A stretch of DNA of 46,307 nt. It comes from a virus (lineage: Duplodnaviria > Heunggongvirae > Uroviricota > Caudoviricetes). Below are positions 1 through 7,905 of this stretch, in pieces. Position numbers and translations under genes: made by a program. The notes below the pieces were generated by a model. It ran no database searches. It saw nothing but the letters and a program-made list of their open reading frames with translations, and was not told the DNA's origin. Each line of letters opens with the position of its first letter. Position 1 is the first letter of the stretch. The stretch is taken from the IMG/VR virus record IMGVR_UViG_2721755721_000003, positions 1 to 46,307 of that record; one strand, written 5' to 3'.

Positions 1-1314
1 CTAACCCACTGATTTTAATAAGTCTCTTGTGTCACTTTGGTGATCATGGGACATCATTGGGACATAATCTGCCAGCTTCTGATTCAGCATTGCGATCTGT
101 TCTGCATTACTGTCAGTCATCCATGCTCCGTATACATTGAACACCATCTGGGCACTTGCATGGCCCATCTGGCTGGCAATGAAGCTTGGGTTTGCTCCGG
201 CAGATAATGACCAGCACGCATAAGTGTGTCGTGACTGATATGCTTTCCGGTGCCTGATGCCCGCACGCTTAATGGCTGTTTCCCATGAGTCGCCAATAGA
301 ATCTACCTTGTAGATAAAACCGACCTGTTTGCTTTTTCTAACCACCTGGGGGTTAAATACGAAAGTACATTCATGATTCACTGAACGCCCATATTCACGT
401 AGTTGAACCTTGATGTGGTGCTGCTTACCCAGTCTTGTCATTTCAGCCTGATTTTTCAGGACACTGATAGCGGGCTGGATAAGATGCACAACCCTGTTTG
501 TACTTGCTTCAGTTTTAGGTAGAGTGAACTCACCGAGTTTCGTATAATTGCGCCTGATAGTAATAGTTCCTGCTTTCAGATCGATATCTTCCCAGGCCAG
601 GGAGACCAGTTCACCGTGACGCATTCCTGTGTACACAGCCAATGACCACAGGTTTTTCGTCTGCTGATGTCGGCAAGCATCTATCAGGCGAATAAATTCG
701 TCACGAGTTAGCGGATCTGGCTCTGCCCTGGCTCTTTTAAGAGGCTTAATTCCCTGGAAAGGATTTGCTTCTAAGTAACCGTGATCTGCAGCAAACTGAA
801 ACATTCCAGCGATTGTCGTCATGTAATAATTTACAGTAACGACGCTCCGTCCTTTTGCTGCTGCTTTGTTTTTCGTTGAATTCTGATATCCGGTCAGCAA
901 ATCTTTCCTGATATACAGCAATTCCTCTTTAGTTACCGATGACACCAGTCTGCTGCCTCCAATTTTCGGAACCATCGTTCTTGCAACGGATTCATAGCGA
1001 TTGAATGCATTTGCAGAGATTTCCATTCGTTTCAGATCCAGCCACTTTTCTTCAAGTTCCTTCACCGTAATTTCTTTTTTACTTACCCCAAAAGCCTTGA
1101 GGTTAGGAGAGTCAGGGAACTGCGCAGCGTAATCAAAGTTTCCTGTACGAATAGCAAAACATACAGATGTCCGCAGCTCTCCGGCGATCTTCCTGTTCTT
1201 GGCAGTGTCAGGGACACCAAGATTTTCCCTGACACGTTTACCTTTAAAATTAAACCAGATGCGTAATGTGCCACCGTGGTTTTCGACGCCTGTTGGATAT
1301 TTGACTTTATCCAT
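1..1314 (-). CDS. int: Tyrosine recombinase / phage integrase
   Basis: 437-aa ORF; C-terminal catalytic region with R...HxxR...Y pattern (GIRHRKAYQSRHTYACW... YGAW); position at prophage left end next to an excisionase-like gene. Confidence 0.9.
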   Translation of the reverse strand: MDKVKYPTGVENHGGTLRIWFNFKGKRVRENLGVPDTAKNRKIAGELRTSVCFAIRTGNFDYAAQFPDSPNLKAFGVSKKEITVKELEEKWLDLKRMEISANAFNRYESVARTMVPKIGGSRLVSSVTKEELLYIRKDLLTGYQNSTKNKAAAKGRSVVTVNYYMTTIAGMFQFAADHGYLEANPFQGIKPLKRARAEPDPLTRDEFIRLIDACRHQQTKNLWSLAVYTGMRHGELVSLAWEDIDLKAGTITIRRNYTKLGEFTLPKTEASTNRVVHLIQPAISVLKNQAEMTRLGKQHHIKVQLREYGRSVNHECTFVFNPQVVRKSKQVGFIYKVDSIGDSWETAIKRAGIRHRKAYQSRHTYACWSLSAGANPSFIASQMGHASAQMVFNVYGAWMTDSNAEQIAMLNQKLADYVPMMSHDHQSDTRDLLKSVG

Positions 1315-1369
1315 TGATACCTCCAGACGCCCAAGAGCGATACGAGCTTACATACTTCATGGCATTAAA

Positions 1370-1606
1370 TCACCCAGGTTGTTTGTTTTTCATTGAAGCG
1401 ACCCAGGCATCTATTGCTTTTCTGTTATACATACATTCACTGGAAGGCTTTGGATTACCGTCTGGTGATACGTGAATATACTCTCTTCCAACCATCCAGC
1501 ATTCTTTCCGGGCCCGAAGAATTGTGCCTGGTTTGAGCCCGGTAATTGCGATTAGAACGCTTTCACAAACCCATTCATTGGGAGCCAGTTGAATCACATT
1601 GCCCAT
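1370..1606 (-). CDS. Excisionase-like small DNA-binding protein
   Basis: 78-aa ORF immediately upstream of int on the same strand; size and position typical of Xis; family not verified. Confidence 0.5.
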   Translation of the reverse strand: MGNVIQLAPNEWVCESVLIAITGLKPGTILRARKECWMVGREYIHVSPDGNPKPSSECMYNRKAIDAWVASMKNKQPG

Positions 1607-1614
1607 GCATTACC

Positions 1615-1761
1615 TCACACAACACTCAGCCCACGGCAGTGGCACCACACTTCAAACATTCGTTTCACAATTTCACGACAGTAGAAACCGTCAACATCTC
1701 GTGTCAGGTCATAGCGATTGCCGTAACGCTGGTGGACCCATCGTTCAAATGCTTTATTCAT
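1615..1761 (-). CDS. Small hypothetical protein (48 aa, MNKAFERWVHQRYGNRYDL...)
   Basis: ATG at 1761 right after the stop of the upstream gene; tightly packed in the minus-strand operon; below the ORF-track size cutoff. Confidence 0.3.
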   Translation of the reverse strand: MNKAFERWVHQRYGNRYDLTRDVDGFYCREIVKRMFEVWCHCRGLSVV

Positions 1762-1764
1762 TCT

Positions 1765-2007
1765 TTACTTCCTTTTCATGGCTCGTAATTTTTTCAGATG
1801 AGCTTCCTGCTCTGTTTCTGCCAGAATTTGTCGGTATTCCTGGTGATCGATCCGTTCAAACAGTTCATTAAAATCGTTTATTTTTACCGACTGTGTTCGC
1901 CCATCCATTCTTCTGTACAACACGATATTATTTATGCAGCGAATAATTTTTACCGGGTAACCGGCACTGTCGGTATACAGTTGCCCTTGATTAATCAAAA
2001 CGAACAT
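1765..2007 (-). CDS. Hypothetical protein (80 aa)
   Basis: ATG at 2007 preceded on the minus strand by an AGGAG ribosome-binding site; part of the minus-strand early-left operon. Confidence 0.5.
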   Translation of the reverse strand: MFVLINQGQLYTDSAGYPVKIIRCINNIVLYRRMDGRTQSVKINDFNELFERIDHQEYRQILAETEQEAHLKKLRAMKRK

Positions 2008-2038
2008 TTTTTCTCCTGTTCCCTGAGTTGTGAGAACT

Positions 2039-2398
2039 TCAGAGCCGTATGTTTGTAGCGGGTTCAATACTGATAATTTCTGCTGAGATAAGCATTCCGG
2101 CAAGCCATAGCTCTCCGATCAAGTTTTCATCCTTGCATTTCACGCCGCCGATATTAATGGTGGCGATGATATCGCGCTCATCCTCGACTTCTTCATAAGG
2201 CAGCGTTTCGTACAGGCTTTCAATAGCGCAACTGATAACATCGAGTCCGGTCAGGTTGCCACCGACAGTGACTTCGAATGTTTCGCGGTATTCCCTTAGC
2301 CCGAAAGTTAATCGAACGGTTTGTTTTGCCATGCGTCCGCATAACGTCAGATTTGGGTCATAGTTCATTATTTGCGGTTGAGTATTATGAGTGTTCAT
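2039..2398 (-). CDS. Hypothetical protein (about 119 aa)
   Basis: ORF with ATG at 2398 (alternative upstream start at 2470 would overlap the preceding gene). Confidence 0.45.
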   Translation of the reverse strand: MNTHNTQPQIMNYDPNLTLCGRMAKQTVRLTFGLREYRETFEVTVGGNLTGLDVISCAIESLYETLPYEEVEDERDIIATINIGGVKCKDENLIGELWLAGMLISAEIISIEPATNIRL

Positions 2399-2438
2399 CT
2401 GCTTTTCCCTTAGCCCGGCGGCCTGCCGGGCATATAAG

Positions 2439-3266
2439 TTATTTAACCTGGATAAAGGGTGTATTGGCACTGCTGGTCATGTATTGCGGCAGTGTGCCGT
2501 TCCATTTATTGATGGCTTCCAGCTCCATAACTCCGGGGTTCTGGCGCAGAGCTTCACCGCGTAAACGAATAGCATCGGCTTCGGCCTGGGCTTTTGTGCG
2601 AATTGCATCTGCCTGTCCGGCAGCCTCCGCACGCAACATGTTGGCTTCCGCTTCGCGCTGTTTTACTTCCTGCTCGCGTTGCAGGGTTTTCTGGTTTGCC
2701 GTGACTTTGGCGTTAATGCTGTCGATAACGGTTGGCGGGTACTCCGGTTTACCTACATAAGACAGGCTCATTACCTGAATACCGATGGGCGTCATTTCTG
2801 CCTGAATATCTTTTAGAGCTGCATCCAGTAGTTCAGATTTGCCACCGTCGATAAATTTATCAGTGGTCATTTTGCTGGCCAGCCGATTTAGTGCATCTGC
2901 TATCTTCTGGCGCAGGTCGGTGTCGGTAATGTCATCCACACCTTTGCGGTAGGTTTGAAACACCGTGGTAACTTTGGATGGATCAACCTTGTAGGCTACT
3001 CCGATGTGGTAACCAATGGTTGTTCCATCGCTCATCTGGAAACTGAATGGATCATCGTAGGTCTTCATCTGCTTAAAGGTCGGGAAGATATAAACTTCAG
3101 TGTTCCAGCCTGTCCAGTAGCGACCAACACCGACCACTTCACCGACGCCTTTGTCGTCGCCAAGTTTGTTGACTTTGATGCCCACATTACCAGGCTCAAC
3201 ACGATCACAACCGACAAGGCCAATGGCAGGCAGAACAATGGCTAAAGAAAAAATAATTTTTTTCAT
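2439..3266 (-). CDS. SPFH/band-7 (prohibitin/HflKC-like) domain lipoprotein
   Basis: N-terminal signal peptide with lipobox (AIGLVGC); SPFH-like core; C-terminal Ala/Glu/Gln-rich coiled coil (QREQEVKQREAEANMLRAEAAGQADAIRTKAQAEADAIRLRGEALRQ). Start overlaps the stop of the upstream gene. Confidence 0.75.
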   Translation of the reverse strand: MKKIIFSLAIVLPAIGLVGCDRVEPGNVGIKVNKLGDDKGVGEVVGVGRYWTGWNTEVYIFPTFKQMKTYDDPFSFQMSDGTTIGYHIGVAYKVDPSKVTTVFQTYRKGVDDITDTDLRQKIADALNRLASKMTTDKFIDGGKSELLDAALKDIQAEMTPIGIQVMSLSYVGKPEYPPTVIDSINAKVTANQKTLQREQEVKQREAEANMLRAEAAGQADAIRTKAQAEADAIRLRGEALRQNPGVMELEAINKWNGTLPQYMTSSANTPFIQVK

Positions 3267-3451
3267 CTTTTATCCTTAGTGAAAGAAAGCCCCTTATAAA
3301 TGGCATAAATGCATGGCGGGGTCAGAAACGCCAGTGCAAAGCCAGAAATTACCGCTACCGTATCCTTCATTGATATCAGAAACGGGACGAGTAATCCGTA
3401 AATGCATGCGATAATTGCCAGTGATATGACTATTCTGAAATAAATATTCAT
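3263..3451 (-). CDS. Small membrane protein (62 aa, two predicted TM helices)
   Basis: Hydrophobic segments IVISLAIIACIYGLLVPFLI and VAVISGFALAFLTPPCIYAIY; strong AGGAGG RBS; stop overlaps the SPFH gene start and its start overlaps the upstream gene stop. Confidence 0.6.
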   Translation of the reverse strand: MNIYFRIVISLAIIACIYGLLVPFLISMKDTVAVISGFALAFLTPPCIYAIYKGLSFTKDKR

Positions 3452-3726
3452 GCTCCTCCTGATATCTTTCTGATTGCCTTTTTCAACTTTTTACTGTTAT
3501 TCACGCTACAGTAAATTTCGGCAATCTCACGTGATAACATTATTTCTCCACTGTTTTTATCTATAGCAACGAGACCGGGATTGTCTCGTATGAGTTTCTT
3601 TATCATTGGCATTGCCATAAAGTCTTCTGGCGTATAGATGCGTGTATGGCGGCGAACGTGTTTTATCACAGGTGTTTTATGTTTTGACTCAACCTGAAAT
3701 ACATTAATTTTATTCTGATTTGACAT
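3448..3726 (-). CDS. Hypothetical protein (92 aa)
   Basis: ORF translationally coupled (ATGA overlap) to the small membrane protein gene; no recognisable motif. Confidence 0.5.
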   Translation of the reverse strand: MSNQNKINVFQVESKHKTPVIKHVRRHTRIYTPEDFMAMPMIKKLIRDNPGLVAIDKNSGEIMLSREIAEIYCSVNNSKKLKKAIRKISGGA

Positions 3727-3728
3727 AT

Positions 3729-4310
3729 TTAATGTGCCACTGGTGTTTCTGGCATACCATGAGTATTCAGATCGTGAATCATTTCATCCAGAAGAAGTTC
3801 AAGCCCTTCTCGTCCCATAGCAGAGACAATGAAGCCATTATCAGGATCTGCGATGAGCATTTTTTGATAGAGAAACAGAACTCGCCCCATGCCTTCAGCT
3901 TCGCCATATTTTTCAATGAATCCCCATTCGACATGGTTTTGCAGGGCAATGCGAATTGGTTCAGGGTATATACTCATGCAACCATATTTCCCCTTATAAA
4001 TAACTGCACGATATGTAGTCCCATTATCGTTAGGGATATCAACGGTGCCGTTCCTGACTTCCTCTTCATTTATAAACGTCGTAACATACAGCCAGCGCCA
4101 TTGAGCAACTTTCATATCGACGGATAATTTTCCCAGCAATCCGGCATCATCCGCTTCAGCAAGGCACTGAAGAATTCTTAAACCGCGTGAATTTGGATAA
4201 TCATATTCACCATCATTAAGTCGCTGTACGGCCTCGGCATAATCTATGGTTGTATTGCCAATTTTTATACCGTATGGCGTAACTTCTGGTCGGAACTCTG
4301 AATGATTCAT
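3729..4310 (-). CDS. Hypothetical protein (193 aa)
   Basis: ATG at 4310 with AAAGGAG RBS; stop of upstream 62-aa ORF overlaps its start; no recognisable family. Confidence 0.6.
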   Translation of the reverse strand: MNHSEFRPEVTPYGIKIGNTTIDYAEAVQRLNDGEYDYPNSRGLRILQCLAEADDAGLLGKLSVDMKVAQWRWLYVTTFINEEEVRNGTVDIPNDNGTTYRAVIYKGKYGCMSIYPEPIRIALQNHVEWGFIEKYGEAEGMGRVLFLYQKMLIADPDNGFIVSAMGREGLELLLDEMIHDLNTHGMPETPVAH

Positions 4311-4495
4311 AATGTTTGCTCCTTTGCTGGTGGAATAATAGTGTAACCCGCTCTTTTTACCATCCACAAAAATGTATCCGTGCAGCCAACAAATTCATTA
4401 TCCAACAGATGTTTTGAGTGAATTACCTTCCCATTTTCAATGGTCAACAACACTCTGACTTTTTCATGTGTTATGTTCTGTTCTTTTTCTTCCAT
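4307..4495 (-). CDS. Hypothetical small protein (about 62 aa)
   Basis: ATG at 4495 preceded by GGGAG RBS; translationally coupled to the downstream 193-aa gene. Confidence 0.5.
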   Translation of the reverse strand: MEEKEQNITHEKVRVLLTIENGKVIHSKHLLDNEFVGCTDTFLWMVKRAGYTIIPPAKEQTL

Positions 4496-4701
4496 TGATT
4501 TATCTCCCATATGCTTTGCGCAAATACAGGTTGGCTATATGAAGATAAGAGTCTCCATGTTGTGCAATGAGGCAGGCTGTTTTATACGATGCCTTATTTT
4601 TCAGGAAAGTCATAACTGAGTTCCATCTGTGAATAAAGGTTGTAACAATCCCCGGCGATAAAACCGTAATAAACGTTCAGGGCATATTTGTTGTTATTGT
4701 G

Positions 4702-5058
4702 CTAATTATTTTCGGCAGCAGCTTTTGCATACTCACATGCAAAATTCAGAATTTCGCTGCCGAGTGTTTTCGTTTCGTGATTACTGGAAATATGTAATAC
4801 CTGTGTTGCATGCAATAAATGATAAACATTTACCGCAAATGAATCAGGCTCCAGACAAATGCCTTCATAATCATCTTGTTGTGAGGTTGTTTCTGTCATT
4901 GCTCCTGAAGTGCATGCGAGCCTGCTTTTGACAATTCTCTTTCCTCTAATCACTATATCGGCAACATCTATTGCCTTTACAACCTCCGGGAGAAGTTCCT
5001 GGTTTGTATAATCAAAGTTATCAACATGGAGAACAGTTATGTTTTCGAACTTTTTCAT
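4702..5058 (-). CDS. Hypothetical protein (118 aa)
   Basis: ATG at 5058 with GAGGAAG RBS; AT-rich context. Confidence 0.55.
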   Translation of the reverse strand: MKKFENITVLHVDNFDYTNQELLPEVVKAIDVADIVIRGKRIVKSRLACTSGAMTETTSQQDDYEGICLEPDSFAVNVYHLLHATQVLHISSNHETKTLGSEILNFACEYAKAAAENN

Positions 5059-5186
5059 GGCTTCCTCAGCTGACTTATATGTTCTGCTATATAGCGAGTC
5101 TCAGAAGTGTTTTCATATTGAGACTGTTTCCGCAATGATTGATAAAAATGTTCGCATGTACCTTGAGGGGCGAAGCGGCGATTATG

Positions 5187-5690
5187 TCACCATTGGTATT
5201 GGTTCTTCCGTAGAAGAGCTTCGCGAGATAAGGAGCAAACTTGTTGAGATGCGTCATGGTGTTGCTGCTCCTCACTTTTTGGTTGCTCCGGAGGAGTAAC
5301 CTCACCAGTTAACAGCCACATCGGATCGCAGCCAAGAATATTTGCCAGTGGGATAAGCATACTGATAGTTGGTTCATACTCTCCGCTCTCCCACTGGATG
5401 ATAATTTCTTCATCGAGATCGAGCAGCCTGGCGAGTTCGGCGGTTGTTAAGCCGCAGGCTTCGCGTTGGGTGCGAAGACGGTTGTTGATTGCAGAATTTT
5501 TGTTCTGTAAAAGCATTGCTGACGATAGCTTTCTGGATATGCTATTTGTCATATCCCATGCCAGTCCTGCGCATGACTCTATATCGCTAGAGAGCGTAGC
5601 ATCAGGTGTTGCTTTTGCTATTAGTGTAATGAGGCTGCCGAGGTTTTTCAGTTCTTCGAGACAGTCAAGAGTTGTAGCTTTATTGATCAT
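5187..5690 (-). CDS. XRE-family HTH protein with about 70-aa N-terminal extension; first gene leftward of the OL-like operator
   Basis: Classic XRE helix-turn-helix (LRTQREACGLTTAELARLLDLDEEIIIQWESGEYEPTISMLIPLANILGCDPMWLLTG); GAGGT RBS before ATG at 5690; sits immediately left of operator-like repeats. Confidence 0.6.
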   Translation of the reverse strand: MINKATTLDCLEELKNLGSLITLIAKATPDATLSSDIESCAGLAWDMTNSISRKLSSAMLLQNKNSAINNRLRTQREACGLTTAELARLLDLDEEIIIQWESGEYEPTISMLIPLANILGCDPMWLLTGEVTPPEQPKSEEQQHHDASQQVCSLSREALLRKNQYQW

Positions 5691-5730
5691 GAGATGATAC
5701 CTCAGTTACGAACTTTGTTTTATGGTAACT

Positions 5731-5769
5731 AAGGTATCAAGGTGTGGCAAGTGATTTTTGATACTTTGG
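5731..5769. promoter_or_regulatory. OL-like operator region (TTGATAC repeats)
   Basis: TTGATACTTTGG at 5758-5769 and an inverted TTGATACC copy at about 5732-5743; the same 12-mer recurs right of cI. Confidence 0.45.
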
Positions 5770-5793
5770 TTTCTTTTTGTGTTTTGTGTCTGG

Positions 5794-6450
5794 TCAGAAA
5801 ATATCCCACCTGGCATCAACCACAACACCTACTATTTCGCAATCATTGTCCATTTCTATGATTGGATATTGTGGATTAAGGGGCTTTAGAAACGCCTTTC
5901 CCATGTCAGAAATATATTTTTTGAATGTTGCTTCATTGGTGGATTTTTTTCTGGCGATGACGTAACACCCTGAAAAAACTTCTTTATCTGGGTTGACAAG
6001 GATCGACATTCCTTCAGGAAATGTTATTCCTACGGGCGAAGTCATTGAGTCTCCGTGCACTTCCAGCCAGAACCCCCTCTCACCAGCGTATTTTACAGAA
6101 TGCCTCCAATTATCCTGATCATACATGTTGTAGTCATCACCAGAAGTTGCGAATAATCCTGCCTGAACCCAGTTAATTACAGGGTAAGAGTGTGCTGTGT
6201 CTCTCTGTGGGCAGCTCTTAACATTATTTTCCCAATGCTTATCTTTTTCATCTCCGTTCTGAAGCCACTGCGGTGAACACCGCAGTGCAGCTGCAACTTT
6301 AAAAAGGGTGTCACCGTTGAAACTTTTTGTAAGGCCTTGCTCGGCTTTACTGATTGCAACTCTGGTGATCCCAGCTTTTTTAGCCAACGCATCTTGTGTT
6401 AACCCAGCTTTTTGCCGTGCGTTGATGAGACGTTCACCTAAAGACTTCAT
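5794..6450 (-). CDS. cI: CI-type prophage repressor (HTH + LexA-like S24 autopeptidase domain)
   Basis: N-terminal XRE HTH (LTQDALAKKAGITRVAISKAEQG) and C-terminal S24-like region (HGDSMTSP ... KK); flanked by operator repeats; start at internal ATG 6450. Confidence 0.85.
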   Translation of the reverse strand: MKSLGERLINARQKAGLTQDALAKKAGITRVAISKAEQGLTKSFNGDTLFKVAAALRCSPQWLQNGDEKDKHWENNVKSCPQRDTAHSYPVINWVQAGLFATSGDDYNMYDQDNWRHSVKYAGERGFWLEVHGDSMTSPVGITFPEGMSILVNPDKEVFSGCYVIARKKSTNEATFKKYISDMGKAFLKPLNPQYPIIEMDNDCEIVGVVVDARWDIF

Positions 6451-6472
6451 TTTTCTTCTCCTCTCATGGCTG

Positions 6473-6547
6473 TTGATACTAAAGTAACAGAATTTCTTGA
6501 TACTTTGGATTCCTGTGGTTAACATCGTTGGATAACAAAGTATCTGG
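6473..6547. promoter_or_regulatory. OR-like operator/promoter region (three TTGATAC-type sites)
   Basis: TTGATACTAAAG 6473-6484, TTGATACTTTGG 6497-6508, inverted GATACTTTGTTATC within 6531-6547; lies between divergent cI and the cro-position gene. Confidence 0.5.
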
Positions 6548-6561
6548 TGTGAGACTAAAGA

Positions 6562-6789
6562 ATGACCCTTTATGAAATATTAAAAATTCAATTTAAAACC
6601 AATGCCGCTATTGGTCGCAGGTTCCCAAAGAAAGGAAGGCCTCGTGGCAGTCAAGGTGTTGGAAAGTGGAAAACGCGAGGTGTTCCGGAGGATGTTGCCA
6701 TTCTTTGTCATCTGGATCCGAGCATTCCATATACACACCCAAGTCTAGCGAATACAGAAGATGACAAGCCCACAGGAGACCAACAATGA
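6562..6789 (+). CDS. Cro-position small basic protein (75 aa), non-canonical
   Basis: First rightward ORF after the OR-like sites; Arg/Lys-rich (GRRFPKKGRPRGSQG); no clear HTH; function inferred from position only. Confidence 0.4.
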   Translation: MTLYEILKIQFKTNAAIGRRFPKKGRPRGSQGVGKWKTRGVPEDVAILCHLDPSIPYTHPSLANTEDDKPTGDQQ

Positions 6790-7493
6790 ACACCGCAATT
6801 TTTAACGGCAAAGCATCCATGACCAGCGTTGAGATCGCAGAGCTGGTGGGTAAACGTCATGACAATGTGAAACGCACTATTGAAACATTAGCCAAAGGTG
6901 GCGTTGTCCGGTCTCCTCAAATTGAGGTTTCCGAAAGAATCAATAACTTAGGTTTTAAAGTTCAATATGAGCATTACCTGTTTGAAGGAGAACAAGGTAA
7001 GCGCGACAGCATCATTGTCGTCGCACAGCTCTGTCCTGAATTCACTGCTCGCCTGGTAGATCGCTGGCGCGAACTGGAAGAACAGATCCGTAAGCCAATG
7101 AGCGAAATCGAAATGGTTGCCGCGATGGCTCTTGAAGCCGTTCGCCAACAGAAACGGATCACTCAGGTGGAAGAAAAAGTCAGCCACGTTGCTGAAACAG
7201 TCGAGCAAATTAAAAAGGGCACTATTCGTGAGGGCTATGCCGGATATCGCCAACTGAAAGCAAAAACCGGTTTGTCAGATGATAAATGCCGCAATATGGT
7301 GAACGCCTATCAGATTCCTACAGACACCCATGAGTTCATGACGCCGGACGGATTGTTGTCACGTCGCGCAATTGTTGCTGTGGAACCGTTTATGGCTGCT
7401 TTTTATCGGGTTATGGAGGAAGCAGAACCGCGAGGGACTCGCTGGTATCACCCGAAAATGGGGTTATTTCAGGTTATTGGTTGGCAGCGGTGA
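6786..7493 (+). CDS. Phage regulatory protein Rha-family (antirepressor-like)
   Basis: N-terminal Rha-type motif (SVEIAELVGKRHDNVKRTIETL); 235 aa. Confidence 0.7.
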   Translation: MNTAIFNGKASMTSVEIAELVGKRHDNVKRTIETLAKGGVVRSPQIEVSERINNLGFKVQYEHYLFEGEQGKRDSIIVVAQLCPEFTARLVDRWRELEEQIRKPMSEIEMVAAMALEAVRQQKRITQVEEKVSHVAETVEQIKKGTIREGYAGYRQLKAKTGLSDDKCRNMVNAYQIPTDTHEFMTPDGLLSRRAIVAVEPFMAAFYRVMEEAEPRGTRWYHPKMGLFQVIGWQR

Positions 7494-7517
7494 AAAAAAA
7501 GCCGGGAGTAACCCGGC
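7493..7517 (-). terminator. Intrinsic terminator on the minus strand (GCCGGG-AGTAA-CCCGGC hairpin followed by a T-run when read on the minus strand)
   Basis: A-run 7493-7500 then hairpin 7501-7517 on the plus strand; read on the minus strand this is hairpin plus U-tract. Confidence 0.45.
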
Positions 7518-7905
7518 TCACTCAACATCAATAACGGGGAGCTGTTTCGCATAAAACGGCTCTGAAACATCCAAGAACAGTTCTAAAGATATCAGCAGCT
7601 ATATGATCATTTCAAGACCAAATATTGATTCTGCAATTTCGGGACGTTACACTGTCTCTGCACCTTATAAAGCGGGTGCCGGGCGTGGAAACCCGAAATT
7701 CAATATAGAGCACAACCGCGCTCATGCGGTTTTTTCGTGTCATGAGCATCGTTACGCCCAAATTATGGTGGGGCGTGCAGGGCCAACTTCGGTTGGGCCG
7801 GGTTCTATGTTGACCGGTATTTCCACCCCTGTACGTCTCACCACCTATATGGTCGTGGAAAGCCTTGGTGGTGAGTTCATTGAATTCAACATAGGGGCTG
7901 TCACC

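Noticed and set aside
5039-5299. Plus-strand 86-aa ORF overlapping the 3' end of the minus-strand HTH gene
   Set aside because: The minus-strand frame carries a clear XRE HTH and a good RBS; the plus-strand ORF has no RBS at its candidate starts. Not fully excluded; recorded as an ambiguity.
7603-7905. N-terminal 101 codons of the 284-aa track ORF (Rha2 extended start)
   Set aside because: The upstream portion contains hairpins and lacks an RBS, while the internal ATG at 7906 has an RBS and begins the conserved Rha-like motif; the upstream part is treated as non-coding regulatory DNA.
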